DNA of 64,000 bases from Myxococcales bacterium (GTDB lineage: Bacteria; Myxococcota; UBA727; VGSZ01). Positions 26,640-35,880 of the stretch are shown in pieces; positions within the stretch are counted from its first letter, which is position 1; each line of letters opens with the position of its first letter. Both the position numbers and the translations under genes were made by a program. The stretch is taken from contig JAHFED010000010.1 of the NCBI GenBank assembly GCA_023248635.1, positions 13,275-77,274 on the forward strand, given 5' to 3'. The notes beneath the pieces were generated by a model that had not been told where the DNA came from, made no database searches, and saw only the letters and a program-made list of their open reading frames with translations.

Positions 26640-29600
26640 TCAGCGCGGGTTGGCGCAACAGCGGTAACCAAGGGTCGACGTCGTCGTCTTCGCCGACACC
26701 AGGTGGCGCGCCGAGCAACGCGACGCGAAATCAGGGTGATCGGCGGAGCCGCCCTTGGCGATTCTCTGGCCGCCGTGGGAGTCGGCGACCCATTCCTCGG
26801 CGTTGCCCGACATCATGTAGAGCTTGAAGCCAGACTTGCACTTCTTGAAATCGACGGGAGCAGCCAGGGGACGGGGTTTGCCGTCGCTGTCTTCGGTGTT
26901 GCAAGTGTCTGCGTCGTAGGTGTTGCCATAGGGGAAGCGCGACGACGACGGCCCCTTGCAGGCTCGCTCCCATTCTTGCTCGGTGCACAAGCGCCGACCC
27001 GCGCGCTCGCAGGCGTTCTTGGCGGCGGTCCACGAGACACCGGTCGTGGGCAGGGTGCTCTTGCCGTTGGGCGCCTCGTAGTGCTCGATGCAGAAGGCTT
27101 TGACCTCGACCGACGTCGCCTCGGCTTCTCCAAAATTGCGCATGGGATCGGACTGCGCGGAGCCGAAGGTGAAGGCGCCGGCTTCGATCTTGACGGTGCC
27201 GCCTGGGCATTCTCCCGACGACAAAGCGAGCTCGGGGGCCTTGGGATCCGGTGTCGGGCCTTTGGGATCCACTTTGGGATCGACTTTGGGATCGACCCTG
27301 GGATCGACCTTGGGATCGACTCTGGGATCGGGCGCCTTGACCAAGGCAGCCTCGCGTTCGCGCCGTTGCATTTCTTCGAGGGCGCGGGCTGCGGCGTCGC
27401 GCGTCTCTTTGGCGTCGTCGACGCGCGGCTGCACGGCCACCGTCCCCGCGTCGACCACAACGGCGACGGCGGGAACCGGGGCGGGCGGCTGCGGCACCAC
27501 CTCCCCCGGTTGCAGGGTCACGCCGGCAACGTCTTCGGCGTCTTCGCCGGATTGCTTCCACAGGTGGCGAAGAGCGAGCAGCAGCAGCAGCACAGCGAAG
27601 CCGACGCCGGCCGCGATCAGCACGGGGTTGGTGCCCTGCTTGGGCCGACGCGGTGGCGTGACCGGACGCAGGGGGACAAAAGGCTGCACCGCCATGACGT
27701 CGTCGTCGTCGCCGCCGCGTGCCCTGGGGCGTCGGGCGCTGGTCAAGGTCTCCTGCACGTCGTCGTCGTCGTTGCTGCGCCTGGGCAGTGCCGGCGGCAG
27801 CTCCTCGGCTTGTCCAGAGCCCGTGCCAGCGGTGCGGGTGAGCGCTTCGCGCAGGGCGACGTCGTCGACGTGGTCGGCCCGCGGATGGAGCTTGAGCGCC
27901 GTCAAGGCATCGTGAATGGCCAGGCCATCGTCGGAGCTCAGGGGCGGTGGCGGCATCGGCAGCGACGCGGGTGGTGGCTCTTCGGAGGTCAAACCGAGCA
28001 CCTCGGCGGCTCGGGGCCCCGCCCCCGCCAGCTCGGCGGTCTCTTCGAGGGAGTCCTCGCTCGACATCGCGGGGGCGTGGGGGCGCGCGACCGCTCGCGG
28101 TGGCGTCGGGAGCCCGGGGTTGTCGCTGGGGGCCGCCGCCGGAGCGCGCGGAGGGTTCGGGTTGGGGCTCAGGCTCCCCGCCGCGATCTGTCGGTTCTCG
28201 ACGGTGTCGTCGTCCCCAGGCAAGGGGAAATGCGAGCGCTCGAGGGGATCGCCTTCGTCGTCGGGCAGCGGCGGCGGGATCAGGTTGTCGTCGACCTCCT
28301 TGGAGTAGAGGGCTTCGAGCAGGGCGTCGCCGCCGGGGGGCCGGGCACCGGAATAGACCAGCCCGGGGCGCTCGCCCTGCATCGGCCGGCCGCCGGGGCT
28401 GGTGTCGACGTCGTCTTCGCCAGAGGCACGGGTGGTTGGATCGTCGGCGGTGTCGTCGGGGTTGAGGCCGCTGACCGACATCAAGCGCCGCGCCGCCAAC
28501 TCCATGTCGGTCTCGGCAGGCGCGGGCGGGCTCGGACGCTTGGTCTGCATCACCGCGCTCTCGAGCAGCATGACCTGGCTCTGCCCAATCTCGAGCAGCG
28601 AGGGATCCTCTTCCTCCGACGACGCCGACAACGGCGGTGCCAGGGCTTGCGCGTTGGTCTGCTGGGGCGGTGGCCCGGGATGGGGAAATGCAGCTGCGAC
28701 GACGACGACCCCTGCTTCTCTGCCCTCGAGTCGCGCCCCGGCCACCGGCTCCACCAGCAGGGCGCCTGGTGGCAGGGGAGAGGACGCCTTCGCGGCCGGC
28801 GTGGGCTTGCCGAGGCTTGGTGGCTCCTTGGTCGCGGCGGGGGGCGGCAGCGGCTGTCCGCCAAGGGCAGCGAGGGCTCCTTCGACCTCCTTGGCCAGGT
28901 CGCCGGCTTTGGTGAAGCGCCCATCGGGGTGCTCGGCGACGGCGCGTCGAATCAAGCCGTCGAGGCGGGTGGGGAGCTGCTCGAGGGCCGCGGTGAAGGC
29001 GCGGGAGAAGTGTCCTTCGAAAACGATGCCCGTCAGCATCTCGGCGAAGATCACCCCCAGCGAGTAGACGTCGACGCGGCCGTCGATGGTCTGTGCTTCC
29101 ACGCGCAACTCGGGGGCGATGTAGGGAAAGGCCTTGCTCCTGCTCTTGGCGATGCCCAGGAAGGGCTTGAGCGGCAGGCCTTTGACGAGGCTGAAGTCCG
29201 TGACCTTGAGCAGGTCAGGCAGGACGACGACGTTTTCTGGCTTGAGGTCGCCGTGCCAGGTCTGTTTGTGGGCGTAGTCGAGAGCAGCACCCAGCTGCTG
29301 GAAGATCGGCGCGAGCTCTTCGGGCGAGAAAGCCTGGCCCTTGTCGTGCCGGAGCCGAATGATCTTCCGCAGCGTGAGCCCCTCGAGGAGCTTCATGGTG
29401 AAGAAGCGGCGGTTGGGCTGCAGGTGCTGCCCTTCGTCGTAGATGCGGACGATGTTGGGATGCTGCAGCTTGCGCGCGGATTTAATGGCCTTGGCGAACT
29501 GCTTTTGCTCTTCGTCGGTCTGCAGCAGGTTGGGCGAGATGCCCTTGAGGGCAATGTCGACGTCGATCTCGGTGTCGCGGGCGCGGTAGACGGCGCCGAC

Positions 29601-29804
29601 CCCGCCCTGGCCGATGAGGTCGAGGACGCGATAGCGGCCCGCGATCAGCTCTCCCGGCGAAAAGATCAGCGCCTGCTGCTGCCCCGTCGTCGGCCGCTTC
29701 TGCGGTCCGATGTTCTTGCCGGCCTTGTCGACGAGCTCTTGCCCGCAGACCGTGCACTTCTGTGCTTCATCGGAGTTGTAGGAGCCGCAGCGGAAGCAAA
29801 GCAT
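26640..29804 (-). CDS. Receptor-like Ser/Thr (pseudo)kinase: Zn-ribbon, then a Hanks kinase with altered catalytic motifs, a Pro-rich linker, one TM helix, a (VDPK)n repeat and an FGE-sulfatase (SUMF1-like) domain.
   Basis: MLCFRCGSYNSDEAQKCTVCG ribbon. Kinase motifs GQGGVGAVYRA and IALKGI, but HGDLKPENV (HRD changed to HGD) and VTDFSLV (DFG changed to DFS). TM helix NPVLIAAGVGFAVLLLLLALRHLW. DPRVDPKVDPRVDPKVDPKVDPKG encoded by 12-bp DNA tandem repeats. C-terminal FGE motifs (GNAEEWV, LGYRCCANPR). Confidence 0.8.
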   Translation of the reverse strand: MLCFRCGSYNSDEAQKCTVCGQELVDKAGKNIGPQKRPTTGQQQALIFSPGELIAGRYRVLDLIGQGGVGAVYRARDTEIDVDIALKGISPNLLQTDEEQKQFAKAIKSARKLQHPNIVRIYDEGQHLQPNRRFFTMKLLEGLTLRKIIRLRHDKGQAFSPEELAPIFQQLGAALDYAHKQTWHGDLKPENVVVLPDLLKVTDFSLVKGLPLKPFLGIAKSRSKAFPYIAPELRVEAQTIDGRVDVYSLGVIFAEMLTGIVFEGHFSRAFTAALEQLPTRLDGLIRRAVAEHPDGRFTKAGDLAKEVEGALAALGGQPLPPPAATKEPPSLGKPTPAAKASSPLPPGALLVEPVAGARLEGREAGVVVVAAAFPHPGPPPQQTNAQALAPPLSASSEEEDPSLLEIGQSQVMLLESAVMQTKRPSPPAPAETDMELAARRLMSVSGLNPDDTADDPTTRASGEDDVDTSPGGRPMQGERPGLVYSGARPPGGDALLEALYSKEVDDNLIPPPLPDDEGDPLERSHFPLPGDDDTVENRQIAAGSLSPNPNPPRAPAAAPSDNPGLPTPPRAVARPHAPAMSSEDSLEETAELAGAGPRAAEVLGLTSEEPPPASLPMPPPPLSSDDGLAIHDALTALKLHPRADHVDDVALREALTRTAGTGSGQAEELPPALPRRSNDDDDVQETLTSARRPRARGGDDDDVMAVQPFVPLRPVTPPRRPKQGTNPVLIAAGVGFAVLLLLLALRHLWKQSGEDAEDVAGVTLQPGEVVPQPPAPVPAVAVVVDAGTVAVQPRVDDAKETRDAAARALEEMQRREREAALVKAPDPRVDPKVDPRVDPKVDPKVDPKGPTPDPKAPELALSSGECPGGTVKIEAGAFTFGSAQSDPMRNFGEAEATSVEVKAFCIEHYEAPNGKSTLPTTGVSWTAAKNACERAGRRLCTEQEWERACKGPSSSRFPYGNTYDADTCNTEDSDGKPRPLAAPVDFKKCKSGFKLYMMSGNAEEWVADSHGGQRIAKGGSADHPDFASRCSARHLVSAKTTTSTLGYRCCANPR
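27262..27330. repeat. Six tandem 12-bp repeats (ttgggatcgacy) inside the kinase-FGE gene, encoding the (VDPK/R)n periplasmic linker.
   Basis: tttgggatccactttgggatcgactttgggatcgaccctgggatcgaccttgggatcgactctgggatcg. Confidence 0.8.
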
Positions 29805-30075
29805 TGACGTCGACGACCCGCGTTGGAGGTGGGGCTGCCATAGCTCAACGATCTGCGATGACAAACGGCCTGTGGCGCACGCCGCGCGCTTTCTTTCGCA
29901 TCAGGATGCGCTTCGCGCAGCTCCTCCGGCCCGGCCTCGGCCCAGATGGGCAGCCCCGGATGGGTTGACAGAAGGTGAGGTCTGTAAACTCGCACGCAGC
30001 GCGCGGACGTCGTGAGCCTTCACGTTCTGCTGTCCAGACGCTGGCGCGTCGCGAAACGTCAGCTGCGGGCCACCG

Positions 30076-31950
30076 TCATTCGGCGGGGCCTTCAGCCAGC
30101 TTCTTGGCGCGCGCATACATGGGGCTGAACTGCTTTCGGTAGACGGCGTCGATGGAGATCAACTTCTCGAAGCAGTCGCGGGCGGTCACCCAGTCTTTGC
30201 TCTGCATCGAGAGCATGGCGAGGCGAATGAGCGCAGGCGGCGCCGTCGGATCGGCAGCGATGGCCTCTTCGAGCGCCTTGCGGGCCTCGACGGGATGGTT
30301 TTCGGCGATGGCGCGGTCGGCGCGTCCGACGGCGGCGTCTCGAGCGAGGGGATCGACCGGCGTGTCGCCGGCCAGAGCCTTTTGCAAGGCGCTGCGATCC
30401 ACTGGGTCCACCGGCGGCGGCACGGGCGCGGCCGCGGGGGCACCGATGACAGCGCCCGAGGTGGCGGGCTGGGCGAGCAGTTTGCCCTGCACGACGAGCA
30501 TGGCGACAAAGACGAAGCCGCCGAGCAACAACAGACCGCCGACGACGACGACGATGGCGGCGACGCTGATGCGGTTGGGAGGTCGTTCGACCTCGACGAT
30601 CTCGGGCTTGCCGGGTCCCGGATTCGTGGTTTGGCGCACCGCCTCGAGTGTCACCACGCGCGCGGCTTTGGGTGCTCCAGCAGGGATCGGAGGCGGCGCG
30701 GCATCGCTCACAGGCGGAGGCTGCAACGGCGGCGGCGGCGGCGCGAGGGGCTGCCTCAGGGCGGGCGCTGGCTGGAGCGGAAGGGCAGCGGGGTTTGACG
30801 AAGCAGGAGCGGCGAAGGCCGGCGCCGGTGGGGCGATCATCAGCGAGGAGGGCGATCCGAAGCGGGTCATCACCGCTTCGGTCGGGGGCGAGATCGACAT
30901 CGACGCCGCCGGCAGGGGCACGGTGTCGTTGCGCATCATGGGGGGGAGGGGGGCAAAGGCCGCCGGCAGCTTGTCGAGGGTCGGCGGCGGCGCCCCCCCG
31001 TCGGCGCCGAGCCCCGGGCGCGCGCGCTGCGGCAGATCCACCACGACGCCATCGGCGAAGGGAGCCAGCGCGTTGGCGAAGCTGGCGGCGTCGGGCCAGC
31101 GCTCCTCTTTGTTCTTGGCCATGCCCCGGCGCAAGACAGACTCGAAGCCGGGAGGCATGAAAACACCCGGGCGCTCCGTCGACGGCGCCTCCTCGGAAAA
31201 GACCTTGAGCAAGGTGTCTCTGACGCTGGTGCCGCGAAAAGGCGAGCGGCCGAGCAGCATGTGCCACAGCACCACGGCGCCCGAGTAGATGTCGCTTCTG
31301 GCGTCGAGGGGATCGCCCCGCGCCTGCTCCGGCGACATGTATTCGGGCGTCCCAAAGATGGTGCCAGGGATGGTCAGGGCCTGCTGGTCGGCGGCGTCGT
31401 TGGTGGTGATCTTGGCGATGCCGAAGTCGACGACCTTCACCATGTCGGGTCGCCCGATCTTCTGGGCCAGCATCACGTTTTGCGGTTTGAGATCGCGGTG
31501 CAGCACGCCGCCGACGTGGGCTGCGTCGAGGGCTTTGAAGAGCTGGATGCCGATGCGCGCGACGCGGGCCGCGGGCATGGCCCCACACGCGCGCAGCTCG
31601 TCGGCCAACCCGCGGCCAGCGACCAGCTCCATGGCGATGTAGAAAGTGCCGTCGCCGTCTTCGCCGAAGTCGTCGACGCTGACGCAGTTTTCGTGTTCCA
31701 GCCGCGAGGCGGCCATGGCTTCGCGGCGGAACCGCGCCACGAGCTTGAGGTCCTTGGAGAGGTGCCCCGCCAGCAGCTTGATCGCGACGCGTTTCTCGGT
31801 GGTGAGATGGGCGGCCTCGTACACCGAACCCATGCCGCCGGTGCCCAGCACGCGCACGATGCGGTAGCGGCCGGCCAGCACCGTGCCGATGCGGTCATCG
31901 ACCTTGTCGCCCTTTGGGGCCGGCGGCGCTTGGCTCACGTCGACGACCAT
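30076..31950 (-). CDS. Ser/Thr protein kinase with a single TM helix and a C-terminal TPR-like periplasmic domain.
   Basis: LGTGGMGSVYEA, HRDLKPQNVML, DFGIAK and GTPEYMSPE. A Pro/Ala-rich linker, then TM VAAIVVVVGGLLLLGGFVFVAMLVV, then a C-terminal helical repeat region. Confidence 0.9.
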   Translation of the reverse strand: MVVDVSQAPPAPKGDKVDDRIGTVLAGRYRIVRVLGTGGMGSVYEAAHLTTEKRVAIKLLAGHLSKDLKLVARFRREAMAASRLEHENCVSVDDFGEDGDGTFYIAMELVAGRGLADELRACGAMPAARVARIGIQLFKALDAAHVGGVLHRDLKPQNVMLAQKIGRPDMVKVVDFGIAKITTNDAADQQALTIPGTIFGTPEYMSPEQARGDPLDARSDIYSGAVVLWHMLLGRSPFRGTSVRDTLLKVFSEEAPSTERPGVFMPPGFESVLRRGMAKNKEERWPDAASFANALAPFADGVVVDLPQRARPGLGADGGAPPPTLDKLPAAFAPLPPMMRNDTVPLPAASMSISPPTEAVMTRFGSPSSLMIAPPAPAFAAPASSNPAALPLQPAPALRQPLAPPPPPLQPPPVSDAAPPPIPAGAPKAARVVTLEAVRQTTNPGPGKPEIVEVERPPNRISVAAIVVVVGGLLLLGGFVFVAMLVVQGKLLAQPATSGAVIGAPAAAPVPPPVDPVDRSALQKALAGDTPVDPLARDAAVGRADRAIAENHPVEARKALEEAIAADPTAPPALIRLAMLSMQSKDWVTARDCFEKLISIDAVYRKQFSPMYARAKKLAEGPAE

Positions 31951-32032
31951 AGACCGGGTCGGCCCCTCGCAGCGAATCAGCGGCCTGATGCCTCAGCCCT
32001 CCAAGGCCGGCACGGCTCTTCCAGGTTGAGCG

Positions 32033-32125
32033 GTTGGCACGGCGCAAAGTGCTTCCTGCTTTGCGCCGTTGGCACGGCTCAAAGTGCTTCCTGTTTTGCG
32101 CCGTTGGCGCCGCGCAAACCCTGCA
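32033..32125. promoter_or_regulatory. Roughly 2.5 tandem 35-bp direct repeats, each containing a 9-bp-stem palindrome (GGCGCAAAG-n9-CTTTGCGCC), in the divergent intergenic region between the STK-TPR gene and the PEGA gene.
   Basis: gttggcacggcgcaaagtgcttcctgctttgcgcc / gttggcacggctcaaagtgcttcctgttttgcgcc / gttggcgccgcgcaaaccctg. A related single copy lies at 10575..10602. Confidence 0.6.
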
Positions 32126-32151
32126 GCCGCTGCAACGCGTTCCAGCGGCAG

Positions 32152-33421
32152 GATGCTCTATGCTGCGCGCGTGACCGACGACGACGTCTCCGATGAAGGC
32201 ACTCCCCTGCCCCACAACCCGGCGCTGCGGGAGGTGGTGCCCGCCCATCCCGGCGACCGCACGGCCCTGATCGACCTTGAAGCCGTCGAAGCCAAGAGGG
32301 CCGCCCGCCGGGTCCAAGAGAGGGAGGCCGCCGGCGCCGTCGACGACGATCCGGAGCTGACGCCGCCGCCCGAGGGAGTAGAAGAGCGCGACCCCGACGT
32401 CACCGGCACCCTGGCGCGCGGCAGCACCAAGAGGAAGAAGGCCGCTGCCGGAGCCCGGCTGGTGCGGGACGAGCAGTCGCGCCCCGAACCCACCGACGGT
32501 GGCGAAGCCACCAACCGTGAGGAGCCCCGGGCCGATCCGCGCAGCCGCACCGACATGAAGAGCCGCGTCGACGTCACCCGCGAGGCCACCCGCGCTCGCG
32601 ACGGCACCCAGCAGCTGCGCCGCCGCAAACGCCGGCCCCTGTCGGCGACGGCGGCGGCTTCCATCGTCGTCATCGCAATTGTGTTGTTGATCGTGGCGGT
32701 CTTCGTCGCCGTGCGCGCCACCGCCGTGCTGACGGTGACGACGGTGCCGCATGGTGCGTTGGTCAACCTCGACGGCGAACCCGTCGGCACGAGCCCTCTG
32801 CAAAAGCGCGTGCGCACGGGTTCTCACGTCATCGAGCTCGCCCTCGACGGCTACGAGCCCTTCCGTGATGTCTTCGACGTCCCCTCCACCGGTTTGCCCT
32901 TCCTGCAGCCGATGAAGGCGCTGCCGCCGCCGCCGCCGCCGCCGCCGTCTCCCGCGGAAATAGCGATGGATCTTGCTGGGCAGGCCAAGCGCTTGTTCGA
33001 GAGTGGCGACCTCGATGGCGCTGTCTCCAAGGTGGACGAGATCGAAAAGCTCGTCGTTGCCCACAAGGATTCTGAGGGGATCCGCAAGCTCATCAAGGAA
33101 GCTGCGGCCAAGCGGGCCGTGGAGCGGCGCAAAGACGCAGCGTCGGCGACGCGGGAGGCCCAGCTGCAGCGATCCCGTCAGCTCACCGAAGAAGGGAGGC
33201 AGCTCTACGATCAGGGCAAGCTCGGTCCGTCGCGCACAGCGCTCTATGAAGCGTTGAAGCTCGACAGCAAGAACCCCGATCCCCACCGCACGCTGGCCAA
33301 GATTTTCAACCGCGAAAACGAGGTCGACAAGGTGCGCTACCACCTCGAGCGCTTCCTCGCGCTCGGCGGCAACGACGCCGATTTCAAGGTGCGCGAGTGG
33401 CTGAAGTCGCACCCGAAGTAG
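32152..33421 (+). CDS. PEGA-domain membrane protein with a C-terminal TPR-like region.
   Basis: A charged N-terminal region, then TM IVVIAIVLLIVAVFVAV. PEGA domain (LTVTTVPHGALVNLDGEPVGTSPLQKRVRTGSHVIELALDGYEPF), a poly-Pro stretch and helical repeats. Start taken at MLYAARV (32152); the ORF-track start 32069 is likely upstream read-through. Confidence 0.7.
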
Positions 33422-35817
33422 GCGCCAGCGCTCTGCTGCTGCCGGCGTTGACCTTTGCGAGCCGCAACGAGTTCGCGAACCTCCAGCGTTTGCGCGGGGT
33501 CGAAGCACTGGTCGACGGGGTGCTGAAAAGGGCCACCGTTGACGACGGCCTGGCTTCGTCTTTGCGTGAAGCTGCCCGCGGCTTCGACGACGTCGACGAC
33601 GGCGCCAAGCGCGCCCGCATCTCGCGCATGATCGCGTTGCTGAAACCCACCCTCCCGGTCGCGCGCCCGGCGCCCCTTGCGCGCCGGGCGCCCACAGCTG
33701 CTCCCAATGACCCTCTGTCGTGGCCGGTCACGCGCTTGAAAGGCACCGGGCCACAGCGCGCGCTCGCCCTGGCCGATCGCGGGCTCAAGACAGTCGGCGA
33801 CGTCGTCTTCACCCTGCCCCGCACCTACGAGGACCGGCGGACCCAGCGCAAGATCAGTGAGCTCGAAGACGGGCTGCTCGCGGTGATCTCGGGAACGGTC
33901 GTGGCCAGCGGCGTCGTCGGTGGCGGACGCGGGCGTCGCTACGAAGCCGTCATCGACGACGGATCGGCGCAGCTGCGGCTGATCTTCTTCCACTTCCGTC
34001 TGCCCGAGCTGCAAAAACGGCTGGCGCGTGGCGAGGTGGTGACGGCGTCGGGCGACGTCAAGCGTCACGGGGGGCGCTTGAGCCTCATTCATCCGCGCTT
34101 GACCAGCGGCGACCTCACCTCATCGGCAGGCCAGGGCCTCGGCGGCGTGAAGCCGGTCTATCCCGAGCTGCAGGGCCTGCACCCCTTGGAGCTGGCGCGG
34201 GTGGCCGCCGCCGCCGTCGACGTCGTCAAACGCGGGGTGCCCGATCCCTTGCCCCCAGACGTCGTCGTCAAAGCGCAGCTGCCCGCGCTGCACGATGCTC
34301 TGGTCGAGCTGCACGCGCCCGCGCCCGACATCACCGTCGAAGAGCTGCGGGCCCTGCTCGACCGCCGATCGAGCGCCCACCGACGCCTCGCCTTCGAGGA
34401 GCTCTTCGTTCTCGGCACCGCGCTCTCGTTGCGCCGACGCAGCCAGGCCGTGGATCCCGCGCCGCCGTTGAGATCTCGCGCAGGCGAAGACGACGCCGTC
34501 TCGCGCTTGCTGCCCTTTGCCCTGACCGCCGCCCAGCGCCGCGCCGTCGACGAAGTGCTCGCCGACCTCGAGAAAGCTGCACCCATGGGACGCTTGCTGC
34601 AGGGCGACGTCGGCTCGGGCAAGACCGCCGTCGCTGCCATTGCGTGTTTGCGGGCGGCTCGCGCGGGCCACCAGGCTGCGTTCATGGCGCCGACGGAGAT
34701 CCTCGCCGAGCAACACGGGCGCACCTTGAAGAAGATCGGCTTCGCCGCCGGATTGCGGGTCGAGGTGCTCACCGGATCCCTCGGCAAAAAGGCCCGCGCG
34801 TTGCTCGAGTCGCGCATCGCCAACCGCGACGTTGACGTCGTCGTCGGCACCCAGGCTTTGCTCTCGGAGGGGGTGCGTTTCTTCAAGCTCGGGCTGTGCA
34901 TCGTCGACGAACAGCACCGCTTCGGCGTCGTGCAACGCGCGCTCCTGCGCACCAAAGGACCCATCGAGGGCGGCGTCTCCCTGACGCCCCATCTCTTGGT
35001 GATGACCGCGACCCCGATTCCGCGATCCCTGACCCTGACCGTCTATGGCGATCTCGCGGTGTCGGTGCTCGACGAGCTGCCCCCCGGTCGCACCGCGGTT
35101 GCGACGAAGCTGGTGGGGGATCTCAACGTCGCCGTCGACGCCATCGAAGCCACCCTGGCCGGAGATGAGCGGGCCTTCGTCGTCTATCCCCTCATCGACG
35201 AGTCCGAGAAGCTCGACTTGCAGGCCGCGAGCGCTGGCTTTCAAGATCTCAAAGCCAAGTTCGGCGACGACGTCGGCCTGCTGCACGGCAAGCTGCCGAC
35301 GTCGGAGAAGGACGCCGCCATGAACGCCTTCGCCCGCGGCGACAAGCGGGTGCTGGTGTCGACGACGGTGGTGGAGGTCGGCGTCGACGTCCCCGCTGCC
35401 ACCCTCATGGTGATCGTGTGTGCGGAGCGCTTCGGTCTTGCCCAGCTGCACCAGCTGCGCGGACGCGTCGGGCGCTCGGCGCGCGCGTCGTCGTGCATCC
35501 TCGTCGCCGCCGATCCCTCGCCCGATGCCCTCGACCGCTTGCGCACCTTGGAACAGACCAACGACGGCTTCGTCATCGCCCAAAAGGACCTCGAGCTGCG
35601 CGGCCCCGGCGACGTCTTGGGCACTCGCCAATCGGGCTTGCCCACCCTGGCCTTCTCCGATCTCGTGCGCCACGCCGCCCTCATCGAGCTCGCGCGCACC
35701 TTGGCCGACGACGTCGTCGCCGACGATCCCCACCTGCAAGAGCCCGAGCACGCTGGCTTGCGCAAGCTCGTGTGGGAGCGCTACGCCGAACGCCTCGCGC
35801 TGACGGCCGCGGGCTGA
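33397..35817 (+). CDS. recG: ATP-dependent DNA helicase RecG.
   Basis: Walker A GDVGSGKT, DEQHRFGV, a helicase C-terminal domain and an N-terminal wedge region. The N-terminal start is uncertain because it overlaps the upstream gene by 25 bp. Confidence 0.9.
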   Translation: MAEVAPEVGASALLLPALTFASRNEFANLQRLRGVEALVDGVLKRATVDDGLASSLREAARGFDDVDDGAKRARISRMIALLKPTLPVARPAPLARRAPTAAPNDPLSWPVTRLKGTGPQRALALADRGLKTVGDVVFTLPRTYEDRRTQRKISELEDGLLAVISGTVVASGVVGGGRGRRYEAVIDDGSAQLRLIFFHFRLPELQKRLARGEVVTASGDVKRHGGRLSLIHPRLTSGDLTSSAGQGLGGVKPVYPELQGLHPLELARVAAAAVDVVKRGVPDPLPPDVVVKAQLPALHDALVELHAPAPDITVEELRALLDRRSSAHRRLAFEELFVLGTALSLRRRSQAVDPAPPLRSRAGEDDAVSRLLPFALTAAQRRAVDEVLADLEKAAPMGRLLQGDVGSGKTAVAAIACLRAARAGHQAAFMAPTEILAEQHGRTLKKIGFAAGLRVEVLTGSLGKKARALLESRIANRDVDVVVGTQALLSEGVRFFKLGLCIVDEQHRFGVVQRALLRTKGPIEGGVSLTPHLLVMTATPIPRSLTLTVYGDLAVSVLDELPPGRTAVATKLVGDLNVAVDAIEATLAGDERAFVVYPLIDESEKLDLQAASAGFQDLKAKFGDDVGLLHGKLPTSEKDAAMNAFARGDKRVLVSTTVVEVGVDVPAATLMVIVCAERFGLAQLHQLRGRVGRSARASSCILVAADPSPDALDRLRTLEQTNDGFVIAQKDLELRGPGDVLGTRQSGLPTLAFSDLVRHAALIELARTLADDVVADDPHLQEPEHAGLRKLVWERYAERLALTAAG

Positions 35818-35880
35818 GACGCCGTCGACGTTCTTGACCGCGGCCCGGCTTTCGCAGGACGGTGCGCCCTTGGAGGCCCC

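Noticed and set aside
32033-32068. A sigma-54 promoter: the repeat unit contains TGGCAC.
   Set aside because: A GC/TTGCA -12 element at the required 10-bp spacing from the GG is not present (the spacing to TGC is about 13). The motif is duplicated as part of a palindrome, which fits a regulator-binding dyad better. It is kept only as a regulatory-repeat finding.
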